DNA of 64,000 nucleotides from a bacterium (GTDB lineage: Bacteria > JAMCPX01): assembly GCA_037439545.1 (NCBI GenBank), contig JBBIVV010000005.1, positions 1 to 64,000 of the forward strand. Direction: 5' to 3'. The notes under the pieces were generated by a model that was not told where the DNA came from, ran no database searches, and was given only the letters and a program-made list of their open reading frames with translations. The translations under genes and the position numbers were made by a program. Of this stretch, positions 47,986 through 58,829 are shown one piece after another (the stretch's first letter is position 1; each line of letters opens with the position of its first letter).

Positions 47986-48465
47986 TTATTTCTTTTTGTC
48001 TGCACTGCCGGCAAGTGTCTGTCTGTATTCGATCAGTTTTCTATGTAACGATTCATCGCCAAGGGCAAGTATCTCTATGGCAAGTAGCGCTGCATTCTTT
48101 GCACCGGCTTCTCCGATTGCAACAGTTGCGACCGGTATTCCCCCGGGCATTTGCACGGTTGACAGGAGTGCGTCCATACCGGACAGGTATGAGGAAGGCA
48201 GAGGCACACCTATTACAGGCAGTACAGTCTCCGATGCGATAACCCCTGCAAGATGCGCGGCACCGCCGGCACCTGCAATTATAACGCGGTATCCATGTTC
48301 TCGTGCTTTCACGGAGAGCGCTCTCGTTTTCTCCGGAGTCCTGTGGGCTGAGGAAACAACCATATCATAACCTACGTTAAAGCTATCCAGAACCTTTGCG
48401 CATTCCGACATAAATTTTTCGTCAGAACCGCTCCCCATGACGATTAATATTTTTTTTGTGTCCAT
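47986..48465 (-). CDS. purE: N5-carboxyaminoimidazole ribonucleotide mutase
   Basis: MGSGSD, SAHRTP, AGAGGAAHLAG and QMPGGIPVATV motifs. Confidence 0.95.
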   Translation of the reverse strand: MDTKKILIVMGSGSDEKFMSECAKVLDSFNVGYDMVVSSAHRTPEKTRALSVKAREHGYRVIIAGAGGAAHLAGVIASETVLPVIGVPLPSSYLSGMDALLSTVQMPGGIPVATVAIGEAGAKNAALLAIEILALGDESLHRKLIEYRQTLAGSADKKK

Positions 48466-48554
48466 AAATATTTTTTACCATATGCGTGTTTTGTGATCAA
48501 GTAAATATGATGAGGTATTACGAACAGCCGCATAGTCCATTGCAAGGAATTGTT

Positions 48555-49883
48555 CTATTTTATCCGTTTTTTGTAATGCTTGCTTGCCACACTCGTGAAG
48601 AGTGCCGATATCCCTGCCGATGCCAAAACGATCATATACGGCAGTACCGTCAGACGGAACCGCGGTTCTGCCTCTGGGCCGGCAGATACAATGACAAAAT
48701 AAGCTATTATAAATAGCAGGAATAAAAGCTCCCTGATATACCCCTCTCCGGTAATGATGATAATCCCCATGATAATCAGCAAACCTGTCACGACGGTGAA
48801 AATGATTTGATAGATGACAACTCCGAATACGACAGGCGGATCCGAAAACAGCATGTGGACCATATCGTGCATAGACTGTCTTTGCCACATGAAACCAAGC
48901 AGCTTCGGCTTTATATTCTCGAGTTTAAACACCGCATACCGCTCGGGCGAAAGGAGCATGTTTATACTGCCTTTCAGCACGACAATGGAATAAGCATGGA
49001 GGTGGTGAAGGATAATATGTGCCCCTTTGTCGCGATAAAACTGGTACGTCGATGCTATCGACGGCTCTTGCGGCACTGCATTTTCCAGATCATCCTGTGC
49101 TTGTTTTAACGGGATGTGCCCGGTCTCTGCAACGACGCCTGCCGCCCTCCAGTGATAAAGGTTTATGTCCTGTATTGAGCAGAATCCTTTGTAACCATCA
49201 ACCATATAATTTCTGACCATCCACGGCAGAACTGCCAGACCGGTTACAAGGATCATGCCGGCGGCATATTTCAGTCTGTCTCTTACCGATAACCGCGAAG
49301 CTATTATGTACAAAGCAGCGTACATAAATGGCGCATAAAGCATGATAGGCCTCAGGTAAGCAGCCATACCGGCCGTGATTGCCGATATGATAAATGCAGC
49401 AGAGTCTTTCTTTTTCATTGATTTGATAAGAAAAAAGGTGCTCATCAGCAAGAAGAGCACAAACAGGGTTTCCGATAACAGGATATTGCCGTATATGATA
49501 CTCACAGGCTCGAGGATGGATACGATAGCCGCAATCTTTGCAATCCTTTTTGAAAATAAAAGCTCTGCATTGAGATATAAAAAGATTGGGATAAAACCTG
49601 AAAGCAGGATTTGGAAGAACAATGCAATAGCAGGTCTTACGCCGAAGATCCTGTAGACTATAGATAGGAAAAACGGGTACCCCGGTGATCTTTGAAGCCC
49701 CGGCTCTCCTTTGTCGGGAACATAATAGCCGTGGAGCGCCATGTTTGCCCCCAGTTCACTGTACTGATAAGAATCAGCGAGAAAGAACCTGTTTGTGTCG
49801 TCAAAGGTAAAGAAAAAAGGGACAAGCCTTATCCCGGCATAAAACACAAACAAAAGAAAGAAAAGACCCGCTCTTTTATTCAT
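48555..49883 (-). CDS. ArnT/PMT-like (GT-C) membrane glycosyltransferase
   Basis: DS.QY, RSPGYPFFL, LLSETLF, YLRP, PW..RNY and PRFR motifs with multiple TM helices. Confidence 0.8.
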   Translation of the reverse strand: MNKRAGLFFLLFVFYAGIRLVPFFFTFDDTNRFFLADSYQYSELGANMALHGYYVPDKGEPGLQRSPGYPFFLSIVYRIFGVRPAIALFFQILLSGFIPIFLYLNAELLFSKRIAKIAAIVSILEPVSIIYGNILLSETLFVLFLLMSTFFLIKSMKKKDSAAFIISAITAGMAAYLRPIMLYAPFMYAALYIIASRLSVRDRLKYAAGMILVTGLAVLPWMVRNYMVDGYKGFCSIQDINLYHWRAAGVVAETGHIPLKQAQDDLENAVPQEPSIASTYQFYRDKGAHIILHHLHAYSIVVLKGSINMLLSPERYAVFKLENIKPKLLGFMWQRQSMHDMVHMLFSDPPVVFGVVIYQIIFTVVTGLLIIMGIIIITGEGYIRELLFLLFIIAYFVIVSAGPEAEPRFRLTVLPYMIVLASAGISALFTSVASKHYKKRIK

Positions 49884-49901
49884 ACTATACTCTCACCATG
49901 C

Positions 49902-52900
49902 TTATAACGCCCTTCTTTTCATCGCGATGATGAACAATAACGGCATAGCTCCAATCAAGATTATGATCAACAGATCAATACGGGTTGCCGTGCCCGATGT
50001 GTTACACGAACATCCGCTGCTGCTTGAAGATGATCCGGATGGCGCTTTCCACATATACAAATACCCTTCCCTTGTCGATGCCGCAACAGCAAGATGCCCG
50101 TTACGCACTGGCAGCGGGATCGTATAATTCCCCGTATTCCAAAGATCGTGATGGAATTTTGCCCATTGCAGTGCATTCGGAGCCGACGCATTGCTTCTTG
50201 ATTCAACATTACCTACGGCATTCGATGAAAGTATCCAGCCTCCCGTAAACTTGGGCCACCCTGCAGGCATAGTACCCTTTGCGTCCCATGCCCATACCTG
50301 GTAACCCGCGCTCCCCTCGATTACTTCAGGCATGCCGTCTCCGGTAATATCCGCTATGACCGGTGCGTTTAACATCTGCCAATCCTCTATCGCTCTGGGA
50401 AAATACGGCGCATAGGTGTTGTTATTAACATCCCAAACAGAAACAAGGTGATCGAAAGGTTCTCTCAGCGATCCATTTGCCTCCATATTCAGTACATTCA
50501 TGCCGACCGCACCGTAAGCAAGCTGCGTGTCGCCATTGGAAAGGGACCCTACCGACATGTTTGATATCAGGGTGATTGCCCCGGTCTCCGCCGTATCCGC
50601 ATTTGCGGGAAATTTACCGGATATAGATTGAAACACACTGCCATCCGGATTAAAAATAATGGGGTTGGAGGATATAGGATTGAAGGCGACCTTTAATCCC
50701 GGATCACTGCCTGATTTGAACAACACCGGAGATGTCGGAATACCAATGCCTATATACGGCAATATATCGGGGGAAATAGCTGAAATCTGTTTGGGCCATC
50801 CCGGTGCATAGGTGCCGTCAAGGTTCATGACATAGGCTTGCGTTGCTCCACGGTAGTCTTCATTCGTGCCGACCGCAATCTCAACACCGCCATTGCCGAG
50901 TATATCGCCGACAGCAGGGGTTGAAACTATCCTTGTGTACTGTCTGTAATACGGCACTGTATTGTTATAAACAGCAAAGTCTCTAATCAATGCACCTGTC
51001 CCGTCCCATATATAAACATGCTGATCCTCTGCCGCAACGATTATATCGAGTCCTTTGCTGCCTACCGGATACAGCACGGGTGAAGCAAGGATTGCATGAT
51101 TGGGAATGTCATTTTTAGAATTGGGGGCGCATTTTGGATCTGCCCCTCCACAGTTTAATGATTGAAGGACACTGCTCCTTAAGGTCGTGTTGGTAAACAG
51201 ATCCGAATAACCATAATTAATATGCACCGGGAAGCCAGGCAGTATGTTCCCCTGATTGTCCCATGCGTATACACGCCCATCCATTGTTGCTGCAACGATA
51301 TCCGTTATGCCGTTGCCGAGCAGATCACCTACGGCAACAGTACTGAGAATAGACGCTGACGCCGGTGTGATCGTTCCGCCTGCGTAAGCTGGCGCATTCA
51401 GATGATTGACCAGATTGGCCGGCTGGGAGGTGTCAAACACATCAAGCACATCTGTCGCGAGCGGGAATCCAGGCAATGGATTGCCATTTTTATCAAACCC
51501 ATACACCCTGCCGTCAGAGCCGCCTATCAAAAGTACATCCCTGCCCGTGCCATAAAGATCGGCGAACACCGGGGAAGATTCTAAAGAGGTCCCCAGGTAA
51601 ATCGGATAATTCGGATAAAGATCAGAATCATGATGTATGAATATTTCCCTTCGGTCTTCTCCATACAATCGTGTGTCGCCTGTTGACAGGATTGGCAGTT
51701 CATAAATATTTTTGTGCTGATTATCGAATACCCTTACCCTTATCGTAAGTGCATAATCATTTGCACCACCCTCTGTCCATGTCTCGACATTCGTAATGGG
51801 TTTTTCTGTAATGGGGATGTTTGCAAGATTTATCGTACATAGCTTGCCTGATAAAGGCGATGTCAACCCTTTTTGATTACACACGGTAACGAAGGCTGAC
51901 GGCGTTATACCGATGCCGTATTGCACCTCGTAATCATATGAGCCCGCCCTGCGTGCATTAACATATCCATAGATGTCGAGGTCAGGCACCTGAACAGGAT
52001 CTATTGTCTGGAACCAGTTCGGGTCTGTTATATCGGCTTCCGGAGGGATAGCGGTCGTGGTAACAGACAGGACTGCCTTATACAAGTTTGCCCTGCCGTA
52101 ACCGAAGTATTGGTCCCAGCCGGGCAAAGACTCATAAAGGGTCGGGTCGTAATTTGCCGAGCCCGGGACAGAATTCGGTATATTGATGTCATCGGCAGTT
52201 AACGTTACTATCTGTTTGAATTCGTTTGCAGTCAGCTTTATGCCTTCTGTGAATGCCATTGATGCGATAATACCTGCCATACCGGATGTTTTGCCGGTTG
52301 CCTCAGAGGAACAGCTTTCGCCCGGCGTGGAAAGTACGAGATGTGCACCGTAGTTGGTACAATTGTTGAATGCAAGAAATGAGGTGATGGGCTTATTCTT
52401 GTTCCCGAGGTTATTGGTAGCAACGGCATGGACCATGATAACATGATTGCCGTTTGATGGATAATTGTGGTGCATGCTGTCTTCATCGGCCGCAGAAGCT
52501 ATGATAACAACGTTATGATTATATGCATAATCGATTGCCTGTTGTGCAAAACGGGTCATATTCAGTGTGCCGAACGCCTCCTGGATAACTGAAGCGCCGC
52601 TGTCCGTCGCAAAGAGCACACCCTCTGCAAAATGGTTCGAATCGGCCACAAAGCTGTCTCCGCACCTTACCGGCATGAACATACATCTTGGACATACGCC
52701 CGGGCTCCCGACCGAAGAATCGTTCGCAGGTGCTGATGAATCCTCTGCCTCGCCTGTTCCATGACCGAAACTATTTAAATCCCATGGATCGTTGTTGTTG
52801 TCCCTGAAGTTCCATCCTGCAATGTCCCGTGCATAACCATTATGGTCGGCATCAACGCCGTCCTGACCGAAGAGTAAGATCAAATCTTCGGGATCTATGA

Positions 52901-53612
52901 AGCCGTTGCCGTTCTGATCGGTTATCGGTACAGAGGTGCTGTTGTACCACGCAGACCCGGCTCCGCCTCTCGAACCATCGTAATCCGCAATATTAAAAAC
53001 ACCATCCTGATTCCAATCAAAGCATGAGATGTTGTAATAACCGCCATTTGCAACACACGCGGTCGTTGCTGAAACATCTGTGCCTGCTGCCAGGTGGCAT
53101 GTACATCCCGTTACAAACCCGCCAGCAATGACTGAAGGGTTATATGGCGGAGGCAGTTCCCTGTAGTTGAGATGAATCTTATCAACCAGACTCCGGTTAT
53201 TCCATTCTATTCCTGAATCCAAAACAGCTATCAGTACATGCGGATCACCTGTTGTATATTGCCATGCCCTGTCAGCGCTGATGCCGCTCACGCCATAGAG
53301 CTGTTCAGGAGTGTCAAGGGATGCCGTACCCTGCACCAGATAAGGCTCAAAACTAAAGTAATTCCAGTCCTCATCAAGGACACCTGCACCTGAGTTATAA
53401 TAAGTGCCGGTGGTGGGACCGAACCCTGGCTCTGCCTTAGCATAATTGGGGTCCCAGGGAAGATACTGGACCCAGTCAGAACTCTTTATGGAGCTCGGTG
53501 TGCCGGGTGTTCCGGGCCAATTTGGATTGCCTCCCTGGGCAAGCACTTTGATACCTGCCAGTAAACCTACTGCAAACATCACAATGACCGCTGTTATTAG
53601 TTTCGTTTTCAT
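49902..53612 (-). CDS. Secreted S8 (subtilase) serine peptidase with FG-GAP-like propeller repeats and MYXO-CTERM-like sorting tail
   Basis: Signal peptide, VLDSG (Asp), FGHGT (His), SCSSEAT (Ser region), repeated VGD..G.G..I and PG[FW]P units, and a C-terminal SSSSSSGCSC-TM-KRR tail. Confidence 0.82.
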   Translation of the reverse strand: MKTKLITAVIVMFAVGLLAGIKVLAQGGNPNWPGTPGTPSSIKSSDWVQYLPWDPNYAKAEPGFGPTTGTYYNSGAGVLDEDWNYFSFEPYLVQGTASLDTPEQLYGVSGISADRAWQYTTGDPHVLIAVLDSGIEWNNRSLVDKIHLNYRELPPPYNPSVIAGGFVTGCTCHLAAGTDVSATTACVANGGYYNISCFDWNQDGVFNIADYDGSRGGAGSAWYNSTSVPITDQNGNGFIDPEDLILLFGQDGVDADHNGYARDIAGWNFRDNNNDPWDLNSFGHGTGEAEDSSAPANDSSVGSPGVCPRCMFMPVRCGDSFVADSNHFAEGVLFATDSGASVIQEAFGTLNMTRFAQQAIDYAYNHNVVIIASAADEDSMHHNYPSNGNHVIMVHAVATNNLGNKNKPITSFLAFNNCTNYGAHLVLSTPGESCSSEATGKTSGMAGIIASMAFTEGIKLTANEFKQIVTLTADDINIPNSVPGSANYDPTLYESLPGWDQYFGYGRANLYKAVLSVTTTAIPPEADITDPNWFQTIDPVQVPDLDIYGYVNARRAGSYDYEVQYGIGITPSAFVTVCNQKGLTSPLSGKLCTINLANIPITEKPITNVETWTEGGANDYALTIRVRVFDNQHKNIYELPILSTGDTRLYGEDRREIFIHHDSDLYPNYPIYLGTSLESSPVFADLYGTGRDVLLIGGSDGRVYGFDKNGNPLPGFPLATDVLDVFDTSQPANLVNHLNAPAYAGGTITPASASILSTVAVGDLLGNGITDIVAATMDGRVYAWDNQGNILPGFPVHINYGYSDLFTNTTLRSSVLQSLNCGGADPKCAPNSKNDIPNHAILASPVLYPVGSKGLDIIVAAEDQHVYIWDGTGALIRDFAVYNNTVPYYRQYTRIVSTPAVGDILGNGGVEIAVGTNEDYRGATQAYVMNLDGTYAPGWPKQISAISPDILPYIGIGIPTSPVLFKSGSDPGLKVAFNPISSNPIIFNPDGSVFQSISGKFPANADTAETGAITLISNMSVGSLSNGDTQLAYGAVGMNVLNMEANGSLREPFDHLVSVWDVNNNTYAPYFPRAIEDWQMLNAPVIADITGDGMPEVIEGSAGYQVWAWDAKGTMPAGWPKFTGGWILSSNAVGNVESRSNASAPNALQWAKFHHDLWNTGNYTIPLPVRNGHLAVAASTREGYLYMWKAPSGSSSSSSGCSCNTSGTATRIDLLIIILIGAMPLLFIIAMKRRAL

Positions 53613-53654
53613 ATATTTCCCCCCTCTTTCTCATACCCTGTTTCTTTATTACCT

Positions 53655-53735
53655 GACGGGCAATCTATTTCTTTTCAAGGCGGTGCATGGGTTATTTTCG
53701 TCGCGGCGCCCTGGCGGCCGCTCCTCGCAATGACA
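53655..53735. repeat. Degenerate dispersed intergenic repeat (TTCGTCGC...CTCCTCGCAATGAC type)
   Basis: GGCAATCT...TTCGTCGCGGCGCC-CTGGCGGCCGCTCCTCGCAATGAC is a GC-rich hairpin. It resembles the common GTCATTGCGAG...GCAATC repeat family. Confidence 0.5.
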
Positions 53736-53747
53736 TTGTGCCCAGGT

Positions 53748-55766
53748 TTATATCGTCAGAGCCAATTCAAACCCATGCTTTATGGCATCCAGTGCCTTTG
53801 CCGCAGACAGTGCATCCCCTATCACATGAATACGTTTGTCCTTTATCTTTGAGAATGGATTATAGGGAGCTGCACCTGTCGCAAGTATGATTACTCCGGC
53901 ATCAAATGACTGCGTCTGTCCGTTATTCTCGGCATGTACTACGCCTTCCTCTATTTTGGTTACCCTTGTATTGGTGTACATCTTTATGCCGCGTCTCTTT
54001 AACTGCTGCATGACCGGCCAGCGGGTTGATCTCCCGATGTCCTTGCCCATCTTATCGAGCATCTCGAGCATAATAATCTTTCTTGTAGATTCCTTTAAAA
54101 GCTTTTGAACAAGCACGGGGTCCTCTGCATCATTTTCAAGTAAGAACCGGGCCACCTGTCCATCCATAGTGCCGCCTTCTGCAAGATACAGGGCGACATC
54201 ACACCCTACTGCACCGCCTCCGATGATGACGATGTCCTTTGTCGTACCCGTAAACTCCTGAGAAAGAATATTCCATGCAAGCTTCACATACCCATCTTCG
54301 ATACCCTCTTCCAGTCCTTCTATGCCGGGTATGACCGGAGCAGCACCGGTGGCAACGATAATCTCATCCGCTTTGAGTTTTGCAAGGCTGTTCTTGTTTA
54401 TAGCTTTCCCAAGATAAAGGTTGACGCCATGATGCTCGAGTTGATGTGCAAAATAGAGCAAAAGATCATAAAATCCCGCTTTATCAGGCACAGCACTTGC
54501 AAGATTAAATTGCCCGCCGATCCATTTCTCTTTCTCGTAAATGCTCACCTTGTGCCCTCTTTGAGCAAGTGTTATTGCAGCTTCAAGCCCGGCCGGGCCC
54601 GCACCTATGACCGCAACTTTCTTAGGCTTCTTAGCCTTGGTAAGCTTTATTTCCTGCTCTTTGCCGACAATAGGGTTTACAAGACAGGTTGCGGGCATTC
54701 CGTTAAAAATGTTGTCAAAACATCCTTGATTGCAGGCTATACAGTAATTGATCTCTTCAAGTTCGCCTTTCTGAGACTTTAGAGGAAAGTTCGGATCAGC
54801 TATCAATGCCCTTCCCATGATCACCATATCCGCCCAGCCGTCATTGATAACCTTCTCGGCTACCTTCGGATTGTTGATCCTGTTGGATGCCATAACGGGT
54901 ACGTGAACAGCCTGCTTTACCTTCATTGCAAGGTATGAAAATGCACCCTCCGGCACTGCAAAGGTAAGCTGCGGCACATGCGTTTCATGCCAGCCGCCTG
55001 TTATATTAAATCCGTCGATGCCTGCCTGGTCCAGTACCTTTGCGAATTCAACCGTTTCATTTATCGTATTGCTTCCATGAACAAAATCACTGCCGGAGAG
55101 CCTCATAATGACAGGGAAATCGTCTCCAACGGTCTGTCTAACTTTTTGAAAAACCTCTCTGCCGAACCGCATCCTGTTTTCAAACGATCCTCCGTATTCG
55201 TCTGTCCTCTGGTTTGTTAAGGGAGACAGGAACTGGCAGATAAGATACCCTGCCGATGCAAGGATCTCGATACCATCTATGCCGGCCTTTTTTGCACGGA
55301 GTGCTGCATCGGCATAATGCTGCTGGACCTGTTTTATTTCACCGGCTGTCAACGGTTTTGGAGCCTCATGGGTAAGTTTTGAAGGCACTGATGACGCAGA
55401 AACAGGCGTTTCACCGCCTATCATCCATGACGCCACATACCTGCCTGCATGATAAAGCTGTGCAAAGATCTTCGTATCATAGGTGTGCACCTTTTTTGCA
55501 AAAGCAGTCAATCCCGGAATAAAATCATCTGTATCGAGTCTAATCATAAATGGTCCTGCCCCGACCTTATCTATGGTGCATCCGCCGATGATGATCAATC
55601 CGGCGCCGCCCTTTGCCCTGCTTTCGAAGAACGAGGTCATTTGATCGGTAACAAAGCCTTCCGGCGTGTAATTCAGATGCATGGCAGGGAAAACAATTCT
55701 GTTCTTTATCTCGAGCTTATTTATGTGTACAGGCGTAAACAGTGAAGTGAAATATTTGCTGTTCAT
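53748..55766 (-). CDS. fadH: NADPH-dependent 2,4-dienoyl-CoA reductase (FadH-like OYE/Fe-S/FAD enzyme)
   Basis: OYE barrel (RAKGG, QL.HAGR, GYLI.QFLSP, GGWHE), CIACNQGC...C [4Fe-4S] motif and GAGPAG FAD site. ATG 55766 follows GGAGG. Confidence 0.85.
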   Translation of the reverse strand: MNSKYFTSLFTPVHINKLEIKNRIVFPAMHLNYTPEGFVTDQMTSFFESRAKGGAGLIIIGGCTIDKVGAGPFMIRLDTDDFIPGLTAFAKKVHTYDTKIFAQLYHAGRYVASWMIGGETPVSASSVPSKLTHEAPKPLTAGEIKQVQQHYADAALRAKKAGIDGIEILASAGYLICQFLSPLTNQRTDEYGGSFENRMRFGREVFQKVRQTVGDDFPVIMRLSGSDFVHGSNTINETVEFAKVLDQAGIDGFNITGGWHETHVPQLTFAVPEGAFSYLAMKVKQAVHVPVMASNRINNPKVAEKVINDGWADMVIMGRALIADPNFPLKSQKGELEEINYCIACNQGCFDNIFNGMPATCLVNPIVGKEQEIKLTKAKKPKKVAVIGAGPAGLEAAITLAQRGHKVSIYEKEKWIGGQFNLASAVPDKAGFYDLLLYFAHQLEHHGVNLYLGKAINKNSLAKLKADEIIVATGAAPVIPGIEGLEEGIEDGYVKLAWNILSQEFTGTTKDIVIIGGGAVGCDVALYLAEGGTMDGQVARFLLENDAEDPVLVQKLLKESTRKIIMLEMLDKMGKDIGRSTRWPVMQQLKRRGIKMYTNTRVTKIEEGVVHAENNGQTQSFDAGVIILATGAAPYNPFSKIKDKRIHVIGDALSAAKALDAIKHGFELALTI

Positions 55767-55922
55767 GTGTTCCTCCAATTTCCTGCCTATACATCATAGC
55801 TTGTTCGATGTCTACTAAAATAACACGGATCCTTCTCAAAAAAAGTGATTATGGAGCTCCCGGATAAACACTACTTTGGTAGGATTCATGAAATGGAACA
55901 ACACCGGAAACTTCCTCGGGGG

Positions 55923-55951
55923 TTGACACTATTCATAGTTTACCGTATACT
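55923..55951 (+). promoter_or_regulatory. Sigma70 promoter of the pil operon
   Basis: TTGACA-17 nt-TATACT, about 30 nt upstream of the pilB start. Confidence 0.75.
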
Positions 55952-55982
55952 AAATTTAATTGTTTGAAGGGGGTTACTATTT

Positions 55983-57674
55983 ATGACTTCGAGGCTTGGA
56001 GAGCTCCTTGTTAAAGAAAACTTAATAACGACAGACCAGCTGAGAAAAGCGATGGAAGAACAGAAAGCCGGCGGCGGAAGGCTGGGCTCGAGTCTTACAA
56101 AACTTGGATTCGTTACCGATGAAGAACTGCTGACATTCCTGAGCAAGCAGTACAATGTCCCTGTCATAAATCTCGATGAGTTCGAGATAGAAAAAGAGAT
56201 TGCCCGCAAGATACCGCAGGCTATTGCCAAAAAGCACCTCATTATACCCGTAAATCAGACGGGATCCACACTTATCGTGGCAACTTCAGACCCGACGAAC
56301 CTCGGTGTCATAGATGAAATAAAATTTTTGACAGGCTACAATGTAGAATTCGTTGCAGCTACAGAGAATGCACTTACCAAGGCTATAGAAAAATATTTTG
56401 AGGTGTCCACGGATTATCAAGGCATACTCGACGAGGCTGCTCAAGAATATGAAGTTATCTCGGATGAAGACAACATAGACATCAAGACTCTTGAAAAGGC
56501 GAGTGAAGAGGCTCCTGTCATACGTCTTGTCAACTCAATCCTGAACGATGCAATAAAGAAAGGTGCGAGCGACATCCATGTGGAGCCTTATGAGAAGACT
56601 TTCAGGGTAAGGTTCAGGATAGACGGTATGCTTTATGAGATTATGAAACCGCAATTATCATTGAAACCCGCTATTGCTTCAAGATTAAAGATAATGGCAA
56701 AGCTTGATATTGCGGAGAGACGGAGGCCCCAGGACGGCAGGATCAAGATCCGGTATGCTGACGGAAAAGATATGGATTTCCGGGTTTCTGTTCTTCCTAC
56801 ACTCTTCGGCGAGAAGATCGTTCTCCGGTTGCTCGATAAATCCAACCTTCAGCTTGACATGACAAAGCTCGGCTTCAACGAGAAGCAGTTGAAGGACTTT
56901 AAAGACTCAGTGCATAAACCTTACGGCATGGTGCTCGTGACGGGTCCGACAGGGAGCGGTAAGACCACGACGCTTTATTCAGCACTGTCTGAATTGAATC
57001 AAATATCTAAAAATGTCTCGACAGCAGAGGACCCGGTTGAATACAATATGCCCGGTGTTAACCAGGTTCAGATGCATGAGGAGATAGGCTTAAACTTTGC
57101 TGCGGCACTAAGGTCATTCCTCCGGCAGGACCCTAACATCATCATGGTCGGAGAGATAAGGGACTATGAAACTGCCGAAATAGCCGTAAAGGCCGCATTG
57201 ACAGGACATCTTGTATTGTCGACAATCCATACTAATGATGCCCCCAGTACTATTAACAGGCTGTTGAATATGGGTATAGAGCCATTCCTTGTCGCCTCGG
57301 CTGTCCATGCAATACTTGCGCAAAGGTTAGTGAGAAAAATATGTGACAAGTGTAAAGAAGAAATAGATGTTGGAAAGAAGGCCTTGCTTGATATCGGCAT
57401 TTCTGAGGCAGAAGCCAAAAACTTAAAAGTCTATAAGGGCAAGGGATGCACTGTATGCAACAACACCGGTTATAAGGGCAGAATTGCTGTTTATGAAATC
57501 CTTACCATAGCAGAGGAACTCAGGGAGTTGATATTAGCCGGTGCATCTGCTAATGAAATAAAGAAAGAAGCCATGAGGCTTGGCATGATGACGATGCGTC
57601 AGAGTGCAGTAGATTTTTTAAAAAAAGGGCTTACAACAGTAGATGAGGTTGTAAGAGTGACAGCAAAAGATTAG
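55983..57674 (+). CDS. pilB: Type IV-A pilus assembly ATPase
   Basis: N-terminal tandem RLG motifs, ASDIHVEP, PQDGR, Walker A GPTGSGKTT, LRQDP, CDKC/CTVC Zn site and GYKGR. Confidence 0.96.
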   Translation: MTSRLGELLVKENLITTDQLRKAMEEQKAGGGRLGSSLTKLGFVTDEELLTFLSKQYNVPVINLDEFEIEKEIARKIPQAIAKKHLIIPVNQTGSTLIVATSDPTNLGVIDEIKFLTGYNVEFVAATENALTKAIEKYFEVSTDYQGILDEAAQEYEVISDEDNIDIKTLEKASEEAPVIRLVNSILNDAIKKGASDIHVEPYEKTFRVRFRIDGMLYEIMKPQLSLKPAIASRLKIMAKLDIAERRRPQDGRIKIRYADGKDMDFRVSVLPTLFGEKIVLRLLDKSNLQLDMTKLGFNEKQLKDFKDSVHKPYGMVLVTGPTGSGKTTTLYSALSELNQISKNVSTAEDPVEYNMPGVNQVQMHEEIGLNFAAALRSFLRQDPNIIMVGEIRDYETAEIAVKAALTGHLVLSTIHTNDAPSTINRLLNMGIEPFLVASAVHAILAQRLVRKICDKCKEEIDVGKKALLDIGISEAEAKNLKVYKGKGCTVCNNTGYKGRIAVYEILTIAEELRELILAGASANEIKKEAMRLGMMTMRQSAVDFLKKGLTTVDEVVRVTAKD

Positions 57675-57688
57675 ATGTGGGGGTGGCA

Positions 57689-58816
57689 ATGAGTTTCAAT
57701 CTGCATCAGTTGTTGAAAGTAATGATAGAAAAAGGGGCAAGCGACCTTCATATAACGACAGGCAGCCCTCCTCAGTTGAGGATAGACGGTGAATTAACGC
57801 CGCTCAAAGTCCCGCCTCTTACTGCAACAGAAACAAAACAGCTTTGCTACAGTATTCTTACTGATGCACAGAAACAAAAATTTGAGCAGGAGAACGAGCT
57901 TGATCTGTCATTCGGCGTAAAAGGCTTAAGTAGGTTCAGATCGAATATATTTATGCAGAGAGGAGCTGTTGCCGGCGCATTCAGAACGATCCCTTTTAAA
58001 ATATTGAGTTTCGACGAGCTTGGACTGCCGCCTGTCGTAGCAGAGCTCACCAAGAAGGTGAGAGGGCTGATCCTGGTAACGGGCCCTACCGGCAGCGGAA
58101 AGACCACGACACTCGCCTCTATAATAGCAAAGATAAACGAGGACAGGCATGAGCACATCATTACCATAGAGGATCCTATAGAATACCTGCACCCACATAA
58201 GAATTGTATCGTGAACCAAAGAGAGGTGGGCGCTGACACGAGAGGATTTGCAAATGCCTTAAAGTATATTTTAAGGCAGGATCCGGATGTAGTACTCATT
58301 GGAGAGATGAGGGACCTTGAAACGATTGAAGCTGCACTCAATACGGCAGAAACCGGCCACCTCGTTCTTGCAACATTGCACACAAACTCAGCAGTCCAGA
58401 CAATCAACAGGATCATTGACGCATTCCCGCCGCACCAGCAGTCTCAGGTAAGGGCACAGTTGTCCTTTGTTCTTGAAGGAATTTTAACTCAATCGCTTAT
58501 ACCAAAGTATAATCAGCCGGGCAGATCGCTGGCATGCGAGGTACTGGTACCTATACCGGCCATAAGAAACCTGATAAGAGAGGAAAAGGTCCATCAGATA
58601 TACTCACACATGCAGGTGGGACAGGCAAAGTTCGGCATGCAGACCATGAATCAGTCTTTGTTCAACCTGTACCAGAGGAAATTAATTTCATTGGATGATG
58701 CTATGATATACTCGTCGGATCTCGAAGAACTCAAACAGATGCTCCAGGCAGGCACGACCACGCCGCCGTCTGTCCAGGCTCAGGCAAGGATGCAGAATGC
58801 TCAAAAAAGCTTTTAA
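57689..58816 (+). CDS. pilT: Type IV pilus retraction ATPase
   Basis: ASDLH, GPTGSGKTT, EDPIEY, LRQDPD and the AIRNLIRE signature. Confidence 0.96.
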   Translation: MSFNLHQLLKVMIEKGASDLHITTGSPPQLRIDGELTPLKVPPLTATETKQLCYSILTDAQKQKFEQENELDLSFGVKGLSRFRSNIFMQRGAVAGAFRTIPFKILSFDELGLPPVVAELTKKVRGLILVTGPTGSGKTTTLASIIAKINEDRHEHIITIEDPIEYLHPHKNCIVNQREVGADTRGFANALKYILRQDPDVVLIGEMRDLETIEAALNTAETGHLVLATLHTNSAVQTINRIIDAFPPHQQSQVRAQLSFVLEGILTQSLIPKYNQPGRSLACEVLVPIPAIRNLIREEKVHQIYSHMQVGQAKFGMQTMNQSLFNLYQRKLISLDDAMIYSSDLEELKQMLQAGTTTPPSVQAQARMQNAQKSF

Positions 58817-58829
58817 ATGGAGGTAAGCA

